Shown: positions 1 through 13,779 of the stretch, in pieces
How positions within the stretch are numbered: the first letter of the stretch is position 1
Layout: every line of letters starts with the position of its first letter
Assembly: GCF_009914755.1 (NCBI RefSeq)
Contig: NC_060945.1
DNA: 64,000 nt
Origin: the human T2T-CHM13v2.0 reference genome, Homo sapiens
Strand: one strand, 5' to 3'
Program-made: the position numbers and the translations under genes
The notes under the pieces: model-generated
Database searches by the model: none
Told to the model about the DNA's origin: nothing
Seen by the model: the letters and a program-made list of their open reading frames with translations, nothing else

Positions 1-194
1 TGTGACATGGATGTCATGGGAGGGAGTACTGCAGGGGGCTCACACCAGGGAGTTAATTTATAGCTCCCTGCAAGTTCCTACCGCTGCTATAATGCATGCT
101 GCGTTAGCTTGGACACTGTGGACCTTAACTCATCATTGTTCCCTCAGTGTTTATGGTGATGCTGGGTGCATAGTAGAAGCTCAATTAAAAAAAA

Positions 195-265
195 TTGAGC
201 CATAAGAAATTGGTGCCCTTATTGGTCAAACATGGTCAAATATGGACAATTCCAAATGCTTCAAG
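195..265. mobile_element. Small palindromic mariner-type MITE relic (MADE2-like)
   Basis: ttgagccataagaaattg...caattccaaatgcttcaa imperfect terminal inverted repeat; family assignment from memory. Confidence 0.4.
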
Positions 266-2566
266 GTAACACACTGGAGAAAGGGCCACACAGATATTGG
301 ATGGGAACATTGTCCTCAGGGATAATGCATTTCTTTGGATTAGATGAGATTCTTTTACCCCAAATGCTTGCAATCTCTCTTAGTTGCAAAAGTCACTGAC
401 GGCAGCTTCTGCAGATGCCTCGGAGGGCTTCACAGCATTTGAAATGCCAGGTTTGCAGGTCCCCCATCCAGTGATCCAAAAACCCCCTGGCATCTTAATT
501 TAAAGAGTAAATATACTTATTAAAAGAGGTAAAGCATGCATTGCCAGCCCCGTACCCTTTGAGACTTCTTTCCAAACACCATTCCTCTGCGTTCTTTTCA
601 AATAAGTACGGGTGCCCTTTTAATTTTAACTCTGCTCCGTTCAGAAGCACTCCTTATAGAATGCGTTTTTAAATGGCCTGTAATCTGGGTGGGCCATCTG
701 TTGTCCCACCCATGTGCTCTCTCGCTCTGCGTCAAGTTTGATATCTGAATGGCAACAAGGAGGCAAGGTTGGAGCCCTGGGTGTGGGCTGGGGGGCTGCT
801 GTTATAGCTGCTGCGCCTGCTCGTGGCCGCCCCACTTTCCTGTTTGCAGGGCGTTTTGCTGTCACACCATCCTCCACCAACGTGGATTAAAAAAATGCTT
901 GGGGCTGTGTCCTGACTGTACAAAAATAGAACAGTCAGTGCTTTTAGCAGACTTTTTGGAAAAGAAATTGTAGCCCGCCCTTCCTTTTTCAGTGAGACAT
1001 ATGTTCCCAAGGAACAGACTTTAAGAAGCCGGGTGGTTGTTAGAAGGCCAGGCAGTGAGTGGGGGGTCTTTTTGATTCCAGGGTTCTGGTGACCCTGGAG
1101 ACGGGGGTGCCACCCACAATCTCAGGTCCCAAGCTTTGGGCCACCCTCAGTTGAAGCATTTCTGCTTTTCTTGCCACTAAAGAAAATATCATAAAGAATG
1201 AATCCATGTCTGTTTCCCTGACCAGTATGCCGAAAATCACTGGACAATCCTGTAAAAAGTATAGATGTGTCTTTTAAAAAACTACATTCTACCCCACATC
1301 CTAGAAGTGTTATTAGGACACATCAGAATTTGGATGGATGTCACTGATCCTGTCTGAGTGAAGCCTGTCCAGATTCCAGTAACAGATGCTCATCTGCTGG
1401 GAGGTGGAGCGGCAGGTTCTCAGTGAGGGAGCTCACCTACACAGGGACCAAGATTCAAAGGAGGCAGCTCAGTCTCAGGTTGGAAGGAGGAGACAGCAGG
1501 GCTATGTCGCGTGGTGGTGACTGGGCACTAAATTGGATTCTGAGCCTCTCAGCAGCCAAGGCGCAAAGGGAAATGAGTTGGACAGTGTTGGGTTTTTTTT
1601 GTTTTTGTTTTTGTTATTGAGAGAAAGCAGGCACATATGTCTAAAAGCAGAATTCTTTTCATGATACTAGAAAGCATATATCCTACCAGTCCTTACAGAA
1701 AAGGCTTTGGGAAGCCACACATTATAAAATTATTATTTTCTTTACCATGGTTTTGCAAAATATATTTTTAAAAGTTCTTTGTTGCTTATTTTTATAGAGC
1801 TTAAATTCTGATGTGAAAATTTTGGTGCGTAGACTGGGGGCCGTCTACTTTTTATATAATTCTTACTGCCCAGACACTTGCTGTACAGCCAGAATGTTTT
1901 TAACCAAAAAAGAGCTTCGATGCTATTTGAGCACTAGAATATATATAGGTTGGTACATCAGAGCTTTGCTCTCTGAGGCATGGATTTCAATAGGAAAGCA
2001 TAAAAAGGGCAATAAAGGAAGCTCAGCCTGATTTCTGAGTCCGGCTTCCTGATGAGGCCATTGTTTATGGAGTGATGAGTCAGCCCAGTGCAGAAGTTCT
2101 CGTGCAAATGATCAAGTGCTTGTCATGAATCAGAGCAGCCCAGGGCCTCAGGAGAGGCTGGCAAGGCAGTATTTGTAGATGTGGCACAGAAACCTTACAC
2201 TGTCGTGGCCATTGCTACAAATGTTTTCTGTACGATGACTGTATACGGGTCCCCAGAGAGACTGTTCTGACTTTCTAGTAACCACCGATTCCGGATCCCA
2301 GAGAGCCCCACGACTCAATGCTGTTCACTGTGTAGACAGAGGCACACTTGGATGACTCCCACCCTCTAACTTGGCTCAGTGATAGAGAGGCTGGGATTTC
2401 AACTTCAGACCTCTTGCTTCTCCATTTCATCTCAAATATCCCCATCACCTAATGCAATCCTGAGCTACCTTCCAAAATTACTCAGAAGCCTAGAGAGAGA
2501 GAAGATTGATACCTCTGTTTTGAATGAATGGGTTGCATTTATTATTGGAAAAAAAAACAGTGAGTG

Positions 2567-2887
<321 letters not shown>

Positions 2888-3005
2888 TCAACTTGATCAA
2901 TAAATCAGTGAGAACCAAGTTGAGATGAGGCTCTGTTACCTGCTTCAGAAGAGAAAGCCGCCCTCACTGACCCTTTGCTCATCTTCTCTGTCTGTGCTTT
3001 CGTAG

Positions 3006-3260
3006 ATTGTCCTCCAGTCAGTGACTACGTGGTCCTCAACGTCACCAGTGACAGTTTTCAAGTATCCTGGCGTTTAAATTCTACACAGAACCACACTTTC
3101 CATGTCCGGGTTTACCGGGGTATGGAGTTGCTCAGGAGCGCCAGGACACAGAGCCAGGCACTGGCAGTGGCTGGGCTGGAGGCTGGAGTGCTGTACAGGG
3201 TGAAGACCAGCTACCAGGGGTGCGGGGCCGACGTCTCCACCACGCTGACCATCAAAACCA
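3006..3260 (+). CDS. UMODL1: UMODL1 coding exon, FN3 domain 1 (255 nt, phase 1-1); upstream exons lie outside the window
   Basis: cgtag|AT TGT CCT...AAA ACC A|gtaagg; translates DCPPVSDYVVLNVTSDSFQVSW...GLEAGVLYRVK...TLTIKT, an FN3 pattern. Confidence 0.95.
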
Positions 3261-3765
3261 GTAAGGCCCCCAGTCAGAGACCCACGTTAGCTTGCGAGCT
3301 TGTCTTTCTATCCCAGGTCTGTGGCCCTAGCATGTCGCGTTCTTCTTCCTATAACCAGGGCACCAGAAGTCACTGACCGCCCTGCACTTCCTCCCTCCCC
3401 TCCCAGTCATCCCACTGCCTGCCCGGCATTGCACCGGCCCGCTGGTGCCTTCACTGGCTCCCTCGCTTCCCTACATGTCGTCCTGTTAGGGGTTCGTTCT
3501 GCCGTGTGAGGGGACAACATGTGGACTCAGAAGCACCAATAAGGCATCAGCTAGGGTGAAGCAAAGGAACAAAATAATAATAATAAAGCAGAAGGCGGCA
3601 GCTCCTGGCAGGCAGATCCGGACCCTGCCCGCTTACCCAGCAGCACTGAGGCCGTCTAAGTTCCCTCCCCGAGAGGGGAGCATCGCTGACGTTTTCACGC
3701 CTTGCTTCACTCATGATGCATGTAAAGCGAATGCCATGCCCACCACATTGGTGCTGGGACAAAAC

Positions 3766-4005
3766 GTTTTTTCTTTTTGAGACAGGGTCTCGCTCTGTCA
3801 CCCAGGCTGGAGTGTAGTGGTATGATCACAGCTCGCTGCGGCCTCGACCCCCTGGACTCAAGTGATCCTGCCACCTCAGCCTCCCTAGTAGCTGGGACCA
3901 CAGGCACACACCACCACACCAGGCTAAATTTTTTATTTTTCATAAGGATGGAGTCTTGCCATGTTGCTCAGGCTGGTGTCAAACTCCTGGGCTCAAGTGA
4001 TCTCA
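3766..4005 (-). mobile_element. Alu (old, AluJ-like), truncated
   Basis: gagacagggtctcgctctgtcacccaggctggagtg...aactcctgggctcaagtgat. Confidence 0.9.
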
Positions 4006-4783
4006 GGAGGCAACTTTTGTCTCCAAAACACACACGACACACACATGAACTTGGGGCTTGTGTCAGGAAGGCAGCCGGTGTGGCCCATCTGGGTCTGTCC
4101 CGGGCAGCCCACTTGGCTCTGCCCGTGTCTTGCTCCCCACTTGCCTGGTGCCCGTGGTGCCTAGACTTGGTCAGATGAGGCCTGGCTGGTGGAAGTTCTC
4201 CCCCAGGCTGGCATCTGTGGCTGTGGGGTGTGAATGTGGGGTTGCTGGGGCTCCATTCTGGTTCTGGGTTCCGATGTGTGTCCCTGACGTAGAGCCAGTG
4301 GGAGCCCTGGGCTGTGGGCTTTGGGCTTCATGTCTCAGCAGAGCGTACAGAGCATACAAGTTGCTGCATGAAGACCATACTGGGGCCTTTCTCACTCACA
4401 GGGGTTAATGCTAGTGACAGTGAGTGGTGGTGGAGAATGAATGGCGGAATGAGCGACCTTCTGTGGCTCGGCCCTACACCCTTTTCAAACTGATTTGGGG
4501 CGGACCTCAAGCTAAGTCCTCATAGCAGCCAGCACGGGCATCCAGAAAGCCCTCAAGCACCCCGGCCACCCTCGACACAAGCCCTCCACTGTGCACGCGG
4601 CATCCCATTCCAAGCTGACTCCACCTCATCTTCTCATTTCATTTCCAAAGTACACCAGGACTGAGGGGAGGGACACTCTTTTCCCTTTTTGGAAACTGAG
4701 GCCTGAGAGGCAGTTCCATTACAGAACCATCCTCCAGGGTACAAAATTGATCTCTATTGGGAAATGCAATAGGAACTTGCAGC

Positions 4784-5044
4784 TCCCTCCCCACCCCAGC
4801 AACCCCGTGCCCTCCTCACCCTCCCCACCCCAGCAACCCCATGCCCTCCTCACCCTCCCCACCCCACCAACCCTGTGCCCTCCTCACCCTCCCCACCCCA
4901 GCAACCCCGTGCCCTCCTCACCCTCCCCACCCCACCAACCCCGTGCCCTCCTCACCCTCCCCACCCCACCAACCCCGTGCCCTCCTCACCCTCCCCACCC
5001 ACCAACCCCATGCCCTCACCCTCCCTACCCACCAACCCCGTGCC
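4784..5044. repeat. C-rich minisatellite, about 34 bp x 7-8
   Basis: Unit ccctccccaccccagcaaccccgtgccctcctca; G-runs on the minus strand. Confidence 0.92.
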
Positions 5045-6245
5045 TTCAGGAAAAAAAATACCTGCATTCCAATGTCAGGCACAGATAATTTGGAAGACTC
5101 TAGAAGACTCTAGAATTACCAACCTATTCCACTTCCCAGCCTTGATTTTCTTTCCTTTTCCAGATTATAAAAATGCCCTTTTTTTGTAGAGCCCTTTTTT
5201 AAGGAGCCCAATTTGCTTTAAAGGCCTTGTCTAATTCCACCTTGTCATGAGCCTGTGACACCGGGAGGCAGCAGGGCAGGTGTTACGGTGGCAGCGGATG
5301 CCCAGAGCCTCCAGGGAGTCCAATTCCCAGGGCCCTGGAGGAGGCCGCCAGTCCACGGGGCTCTGCGATACGTCGGGGCCTGAGAATCGGAGGCCACATG
5401 GAGTGCTCCTCCCTCTTGCTAAGATGGGAGATTCACAGGGGCCCCAACTGGGAAATATACAATATATAACATTGGTGGCATTTCTGTGGCCTTAAGTGTG
5501 GCGTGCATAGGTGACACACTCTGATGGCCCGTAGCTTGCCAGCTGGGAGAGAGCCAGGGTGGGGCACAGCTGCAGGTGGCTGTTAGATAACTAGAGAAAC
5601 ATGCAGAATTGCCGCCGACCTGCTCCTGTGCCCGCCGACGCTTGGGTTGTGCATGCTGGGTTTCCTTTCAGTAATGAAAGATGAATATTCCCGTGTCCCA
5701 TCTTGAAGCTTTTTTCCATCTTTGCTTATGCCCCAAAATAACGCAACCTCCCTTGTAAGTAAGCAACCCTACCATTTTGACTGGCAGAGTACGTTCTTGA
5801 GAAGTTGGACTTTCAGAGCTAAATTCTGGAACCTCCCGGGCAGGTTGGAACCCATTGGTCACCCTGATGTTGGGGGCCTGAGTAAGGGCCTCGTCGTGTG
5901 AGTACCTCCTGGGCCCTGTGGTTGTGAATAGGGCAAAGGAAGGCAGCAGCCACCCCACGGGAAAGGACCCTCCATGCTCTGGTTGAATCCCAGTTCCCGT
6001 GGGTATGGGCTGTGTGTGACGTTTGTACCTCCTTCCTGGGATGTCTCTGCCCTGGACATAAAAGTGTTTGTTTATTCTCTCGTTTCTTACATTTATTTCC
6101 CCCAATTAGGATACCTCAATCTAAGATTCATGCCTCAATCTATTAAAAAAAATTATCCCGCCAAAGAGTAGGCTTCATGGAAAACATTAACAGACAAGTG
6201 TGTGACTTTTGACCACAGGCTAATTTGTTTCACTGTCTGTCTCAG

Positions 6246-6358
6246 ATGCCCAGGTATTTGAAGTCACAATAAAGATTGTAAACCACAACCTGACGGAGAA
6301 GTTACTCAACCGCAGCAGTGTGGAGTACCAGGACTTTTCTAGACAACTGCTTCACGAG
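6246..6358 (+). CDS. UMODL1: UMODL1 coding exon, SEA domain 1 N-terminal part (113 nt, phase 1-0)
   Basis: ctcag|AT GCC CAG...CAC GAG|gtaaag; NAQVFEVTIKIVNHNLTEKLLNRSSVEYQDFSRQLLHE; absent from the ORF track, read by hand, frame fits both neighbours. Confidence 0.93.
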
Positions 6359-7947
6359 GTAAAGCCACAATGCAGACAGAAATCTTTTCTTGGGTGTTCT
6401 GAGTGAGGACATCAAACACAAGCCGTTAATTCCTGCCCAGCTCTTCCTCTGGGATTGTGGCAAAAATACATGTTACTGCAGCTTCAGGGGAGGCCAAACC
6501 CAAATCGCACAGTGATTAGTCAAAAGCTTTCCCCCTGCTTTTATGGGGTACTTAATCCAGATACTGGGCCAATCCATCTTTAAGATATGTGCCTTTATTC
6601 AAATGGTGTACACCACTTACTCCTACTGTTGGATTTTCTGTGGAACCTTCTGTCTGAGGGCCCTGGCTTCCAGCTATGGGGTAGCTTCATTAGTGAAGCA
6701 TTTACCAACAATCATGGCATCCATTCCTCCCTCGTGACTAAAGGGAGACATCAGCAGACAGCCAGGGAGAAGCAAGCCAGTGGGAAGCACCATCTATCCA
6801 CAGATGGTGCATTGGAGGGAGAAGTGACTTCCTAAACTGCCAAGAATCACATAAAGTCTGAGGTTTTACCCTCCCTGCAAACTAACAAGTGAGTCTGCCA
6901 CAGTTTCATGGATGCTGGCAGAAGACACGAGACTCCTGGGCCAGAGACGGAAGACTGTATTACTCCAGCACAGCAGGCAGCATGCGTGTGCTGCTGTGCC
7001 GGTTCCCCTTCCTGCACCCGAGTCCCGCAGAGGTGATGCAGAGGGGACCAGGGGCATGAAGCACACAAAGTGGGTCTGCACCTGAGCTGAGGAACCCCAA
7101 CTCTAGGGAACCTGAATCTTTTATAATGGGTGCAAGCACTGGCTCCAGAAGGAGACATTATCTGTTACATCAGACAGTAACAAACCTGCCCTTTGCTCTG
7201 GAGGGAGCCAATATCTCTCCCTCCCAAGGCTGTTCACTATGCAAACATCCTTGGAAAGATATTCTGGAACAAAAGGGCAGTTAGTGCGTCTACTTGCAAG
7301 ATGTGTAGAAATGCCAGAGACCCACAGAGTGTTGCTTCCCAACATTTGCCTGGAGGAGGAATCTGGTTTTCAATGTTTTCAGAGAATTCCCTCCCTTTTG
7401 AAATGTTAACTCACTTGTGTGTGCAAGTATGGGTTGGCACAAAGGCAGGGAACCAGGCTGGTATCTCCCTTGCTTGGGCATGGGTAGCCCTAAGCACCTG
7501 GCTCTGTGTGCGTGTTTTGTGTGGGATACAGCCTAGTAAGAGGGGGGACAGCTCCAAATAGCCATAGGCATTGTTCCTTGGTGGGGCCTCTCCATCTATC
7601 AATCAATCAGTCTTTCTCACACGCTCACACAAATGACCTTCGCACCAGTTTTCAGGACACTCAGAGGGGATTGTCCATCTGATGCTCCACAACTGGGAGC
7701 TTGATTGCAGTGGTCACTGTGAGTCCCCAGCACACACCAGGCCAGGCCCGGCCGTCCCAGGGAAAGCCCAGCTAAGGTGCTGTGAACGGACTTCTCTGCG
7801 TGCTCTGAGAGGTCGGTCGTCAGGTGCCTCCTCTTGATTGTAGAGGAGAGAAATGGCTCCAAGCACCATCCATCGGTCACACCTGGAACCCTGCTTAATG
7901 GTCGTGAAGACGTTGATGGATGTCTGCTGTTGCCTCTTCTTGGCTAG

Positions 7948-8167
7948 GTCGAGAGCTCCTTCCCACCAGTGGTGTCTGACTTGTACCGAAGTGGGAAGCT
8001 GAGAATGCAGATCGTGTCTCTCCAGGCGGGAAGTGTGGTCGTGAGGCTCAAGCTCACCGTGCAGGACCCCGGGTTTCCCATGGGCATCTCCACGCTGGCC
8101 CCCATACTCCAGCCCCTGTTGGCAAGCACAGTGTTCCAGATTGACCGGCAGGGGACACGCGTGCAAG
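7948..8167 (+). CDS. UMODL1: UMODL1 coding exon, SEA domain 1 C-terminal part with GSVVV motif (220 nt, phase 0-1)
   Basis: ggctag|GTC GAG AGC...GTG CAA G|gtatgg; VESSFPPVVSDLYRSGKLRMQIVSLQAGSVVVRLKL...RVQ. Confidence 0.95.
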
Positions 8168-8488
8168 GTATGGCCCAGCCACCCGCCCTGCTGCCTGGTG
8201 TCCTCCAGCTCAGAAATCCTCTTGGTGACTTTATTTGAGTCAGTCTTTCCTTTATTTCAAAGGGTAAAGAAATGCAAATCCTTATTCTATCTTCCTCCAC
8301 CGGAACCAGGGGCCAGGGCAGTAGCCCTGAATAACTAGCTCACCTGTGTCTCATTGGTCAGCCCAGGACACTGAGTGAAATGGGGCTGGAAGGTACCCTC
8401 AGGGGAAAGGGACAGGAGTTCACTGTGTCTGTCGTCAGGGCCCCCCAGCACTTCTGGGCAGCGGGACAACTGCCCACCTGTGGGTCTA

Positions 8489-8884
<396 letters not shown>

Positions 8885-9523
8885 TGAAGCAGGAGGTCAT
8901 GGACACAGGACAGACACAAAGAGACAGAGAGATAAAGAGAGAGACAGAAAGGCACGGAGACCAGGTTCTTGCTGTCCTGCAGCAGGCACGGAGTTCTCTC
9001 CTGGCTGTGAGGGCACACACAGTCTCTAGATCCACAAGCTCCAGTTTTGGGCTCAATCTGTGGAGTGGGCACCTCTCTGGTCGTCTCCCGGGGTGCTGGG
9101 TCTTGGAGCTCAGCCACGTGCTGGCTTCCTGTCCCAACCTTCCCCCACCAGGAGGTGCCGGGAAGAACTGGGTTGGGTGTGGGGGGATCTACTCTTTGAA
9201 GTCATGCCTGGAAACCTCGGCCTGGGGTTACTCTGTTCACTTGGCACTCCCTAAGGATGGGGATACTACAGTGGCCCCTGTACCTGGTAAGATCCCACCT
9301 AGCTGGGCTGCAGGGTAGGGCCTGAGGTTGGGGTCCACAGGGTATGCCCCCAGCAGGGTCCTCAGTGTGTGACCCCGTGATCCAACCTTCAGGCGGATCC
9401 AGCCTTCAGGTGGATGCCACCCAGCCCGCCCTCCACACCTCCCTGCCTCCCTCCTCCCATCCTCTGGGACTAGGGCTCAGGCGATTCCAGATCCCTGCCA
9501 AATGAGAACCTCGGCAGCAGGGA

Positions 9524-9960
9524 TGTCGTGGGTAGAATGGTGGCCCCCTCCAAAAAGATATGTTCACCTGGAACTTCAGAATGTGACCTTATTTAGAATA
9601 AGGGTGTTTGCAGACACGATTAAGTTAAGGATGTCAAGATGAGGTCCTCCTGCCGTTGGATTTGGGTTGGCCTGAAGTTCAGTGACAAGTGTTCTTATAC
9701 GAGACAAGAGGAGGAGACACAGACACAGAGGCCAAGATTGGAGTGATGCAGCCACAAGCCAAAGGACTCCTGGAGCCACAAGATAAGACACTGGAAGAGG
9801 CCTGGGAAAGCCCCTTTCCTAGAGCCCCAGAGGGAGGGCGGCCCTGCTGACACCTGGAGTTTGGACTTCGCCTCCGGAACGGCGGGAATACATCTGTGCT
9901 GTTTCAGGCCCCCCAGCTGGTGTGTTTGTGATGGCAGCCACAGGAGACCCGTGTCTTGCA
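9524..9960 (+). mobile_element. MaLR LTR (MLT1 family)
   Basis: gaatgtgaccttatttagaataagggtgtttgcaga...gccacaagccaaagga...ggccctgctgacacc, typical MLT1 motifs. Confidence 0.8.
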
Positions 9961-12915
9961 CCTCTAGGACTGGATGAATCCATTGTAAGCATTCGCAGCA
10001 CCCCACTCCCCACGCTGTTCAGTGGTCCTGCAGAAGTTATTAAGCTCCTTCTGCAGGCTCTTGCCCGGCAGGGTCCCGGGCAGGCTGTGGCCTGCTTCCT
10101 CCACATTTCAGAGCTGAGGTGCTGGTGCGGGCAGGTCTCCTGAGCTGGGGGGTCAGCTGTGTGGCCAGTGATGGTGACGCCTCAGGCCGTGCATGGCCGG
10201 GGAGGCGGCCCTGCCTCTGCACTCTTTTGACTCCATGACTACTGGTGTCTTCGGACGCCAGAGTCGGGGGAGCAACCATGGGGCACCGCCCCTGCCTGGG
10301 GAGGCAGCACGAGGCCTGAGCCCAGCTTACAGGGGGACATCCACCCCCGCTGAGAGCCCCACCTTCACGGCGAGGATCTGTAGAAGAAGACATTTGATAT
10401 TACTCGGCAAAAAAAACAAGAAACGAAAACACAAAAAGAGCTCCTCTGAAGAAGAAAAGGTATTTGCGCTGTGGTCCACCTAGAAATAATGTTGTTGGCA
10501 CAACTAGAGCATTCCTCAGTCATTCAGGAGCACTCCCTGCCGGTGCGTCCACATGTCCCAACCCCGATAGATGAGGCGCTGTTCGCCCGTGGAGGGGTCA
10601 GGTTGTCGTGACCTTATCTTTACCCTTAGGCCGTCCATCCCGGGGCCTGGGGTTTCCTGCGCCAGTCACGGTGGGCTGTGTAGGTGGCCATGTGTTCGGT
10701 CTTTCCCCAGGAGGTACGTACCATGTGCTGGGAGGCCTGGAGGCTGAGCCGCCCCCCGCGCCTATGAGTTGCACCCTCACAGCGGCGGCCAAACCTCCTG
10801 CTCACTTTGCCCCATAGGAAGAGGTTAGAGTGAGGCGGAACGGGTTGGAATCCCAGCTCTGACACTCACTCACTGTGGGATGCTGCACAAATGACTTCCT
10901 CTCCCTGGGCCTCAGTATACTCATCTGTGGAATGAGATTACAGCAACATCCCACCTCCTATGGCGATGGAGTAAATTAAGGCACAATGCCTGTGTGGGTT
11001 TAGCCCAGTGCCTGTGCATGGCGACAGTGCATTTCTGATGGCCCCTCCAGCGTTCAGGGCTAACTCTTCCAGGATTAACTTTCATATCTTGGATGAGAGC
11101 TCATCTAGGAAGGTCTCCTAGCAACCCCTGGGTTCCCACTGGTCCTTCCGCCTCACGGGGCTCCTTTTTGAACCCCTCACATCATTTCCATTCAATCTCT
11201 TGCTCCTAACAGCACGGCCCCTATTCCTTCTCTTTCCCAACATCTGCTCTCAGGAGAGATTCTCATACAGTGTGCATTTGTTCTAGAGTGAGGGTCATCA
11301 CTGGGCTTCTATGAGGCACCGCTGTGAACCCTCTGCACCGACCTTAGCCAGAGGAGCAGGACTCCCACCGGCATCCTTCTGCGTAAGAGGCCTTGTGGGT
11401 CTTCTGGGGCTCTGGAATCAACGCCGCTTTTCCTGGGGCCAGAGTAGGTGGACCTGAGCTCCCCAAAGCTTCCAGTTTGCTGCCTGCTCCCACCCGCCTC
11501 GCCACTGCGCGAGCCCTTTCCATCCCCTCTGCAGAGTGAGAGAAGGGCCGTGAGTGAGGATCCTGGCCTAGGGCTGTCACCATCCCCCTCACCTGCTGGC
11601 CAGGCTAACCTACTGCAGGCTGCTTCCTTTCCTTAGGTTCACGGGTACCGCTATTTGTCCAGCGTCCATTTGCGGTGGCATTAGGATGAGGTGCTCTGTG
11701 CCCTCTTTCTCCCAGTGTGAATCTGACACACGCCCCCAGGAGAGTCCGAGGGGCATCACTTCTGGAGGACGCCCTGGGCCCTGAAAGACAGCTCATGGTC
11801 CAACTGAGGAGCCTGCACCTTGCTGGGACAGGGTGGCCCAGGAGATCTGGGGTCTGTACCTGCTCCTGGACCCTCTCCAGCTTGTTGTTCTGGGTGGGGC
11901 CAGCTCAGGAGGGGCACCTGGGCTGGGAGTCTCTGAAGCAGCTGCCCCCATTGCTCCAGGAGAGGGCTCAGCCCTTGTCCCAGCTGCGGGGCCAGTGGGA
12001 GCAGTGTGCAGCGTCCTGCCCTGGGCTCTCGCTGGCTCTGCGCCCTCGCCTGGCCAGCCCGGGAGGGTGCAGAGGCTCACTGGCAGCTCTTCCTGCTCCC
12101 ACACCTGCCTCTTCCTCTGAACTGGAGGGCCGGCAAGCCTCAAGGCTTAATGCAAGACTAAATACAGCTGTCAGCGCCTTCCTCTGAGCTCGCTTGGGAG
12201 CTGTCTGGGGGGACGGAGGAGTGAAGATTAGGTGAATCACCACGCCCCAAAATAGACATCAGGTGCTTGGTGGTTTGAGCCAGCGTCTTGCCTGGTGCCT
12301 CTGCTGTCCTCCGTGGACTGCAGCCCAGCCAGCCTAGGCTCCAACCCCAACCCGGAGCACCCCCAGGAGAGTTACCTGTAGGCTGGAGGTTGAGTAGCAC
12401 CCCAGGAAGAGGTGTGGGTTGGCACCAGCAGTGTTCTGATGGCAAGGCAGCCCCCAGGCCATGCTAGGGTGGTGGCATAGCTGTTGTGGCAGCTGACGAG
12501 CTTGCTGTTCTCCAGGGAAGCTGCTTCTGTGGAGACCGCAGGAAGCACAACAGAAAAAAACCCACAAAACGAGCCTCAGAGCACTCAGCAGCAGGGTTTT
12601 CTTTGCCCAGAACTGAACTGGTCCTGCATCGTGGCTTAAATTCCACCTGAATTGGAACTTCTCTGGCATGCCGGGTGTGGGTTCGTTCCCGAGCACCTCC
12701 ACCCGCAGCTCTACAGAAGCACGCGCAGAAGGCACTGTCACCTCCAGCAGGGCCTGGCCCTGACGACCTCGGCTCAGCCACCCCATGGGAGCTACATTGT
12801 CCTTGTCCTCACCTTCATTCCCCTCAGGCGGGCCCCCCGGTGACATGACATCACAAGTCTTTGGGCACAGGAGGAGGGACATACCTGTGGAGACACCCGG
12901 GTGCTCTAGAATATG

Positions 12916-13260
12916 GCGCGGGAAGTTCATGTTGTACTCCGCTGGACCCCACCCCCGGCGTGGGAAGTTCATGTTGTACTCAGGCTGACCCCCACCCCCC
13001 CCACGAGAGAAGTCCATGTTATACTCAGGCTGACCCCCACTCCTGGCATGTAAAGCTGGTGTTATGCTCAGCTGGACCCCCACCCCCGGTGTGGAAAGCT
13101 CATGTTATACTCCACTGGCCCCCACCCCCGGCGTGGAAAGCTGGTGTTATACTCCGCTGGACCCCCACCCCCGGCGTGGAAAGCTGGTGTTATACTCCGC
13201 TGGACCCCCACCCCCCATGCGGAAAGTTCACGTTATACTCAGCTGTGTCCCCACCCCTGG
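12916..13260. repeat. Minisatellite, about 43 bp x 8
   Basis: Unit ggaagttcatgttgtactccgctggacccccacccccggcgt. Confidence 0.92.
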
Positions 13261-13641
13261 CTCAGTTACTTTCCTATTTCTTGGTTGAGACACTAAGTAT
13301 TGGAGAATGTTGGCACATCAAAGAGAGAGGAGAAAACATTTCAAGTTTTGGGTGTGGAAACAGAATAAAGAAGAGAGGGCTACATGCACACCCATGGGTG
13401 CTAATATTTAAGGAATGAACATTTCCTAATCTTTGCCCCCAAATAAGCCAACCAATGTGAAGGTGGGCACAGGCAGGCCGTAAGGTTGTCATGAGAGTGT
13501 TGGACGGATGCCCCAAAATGCCCCTGCTCCCGGCCGTTCACTGCAAAGACGGCTAGGAAGGACTCCTTCCAGCATGGGTCTGTCTTCTGATCACTCTTTG
13601 GCTGTTTTCTCATGGGTTTTGATTGTGTCTCCCCCTGGCAG

Positions 13642-13779
13642 ACTGGGACGAGTGTGTGGACAGCGCGGAACACGACTGCTCACCGGCTGCCTGGTGCATC
13701 AACCTGGAGGGCTCCTACACCTGCCAGTGCCGTACCACCAGGGACGCCACCCCCTCCCGCGCAGGCCGGGCCTGTGAGG
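13642..13779 (+). CDS. UMODL1: UMODL1 coding exon, calcium-binding EGF domain (138 nt, phase 1-1)
   Basis: ggcag|AC TGG GAC GAG TGT...TGT GAG G|gtacgt; DWDECVDSAEHDCSPAAWCINLEGSYTCQC...ACE, six Cys with cbEGF consensus. Confidence 0.96.

Noticed and set aside
6268-6273. AATAAA within a coding exon
   Set aside because: Arises from ACA ATA AAG codons; no clear downstream GU-rich element, and a donor lies nearby.
12916-13260. Repeat arrays superficially resembling CRISPR (also 31321-31513 and 41722-41885)
   Set aside because: Eukaryotic DNA; units are contiguous with no unique spacers and there are no cas genes.
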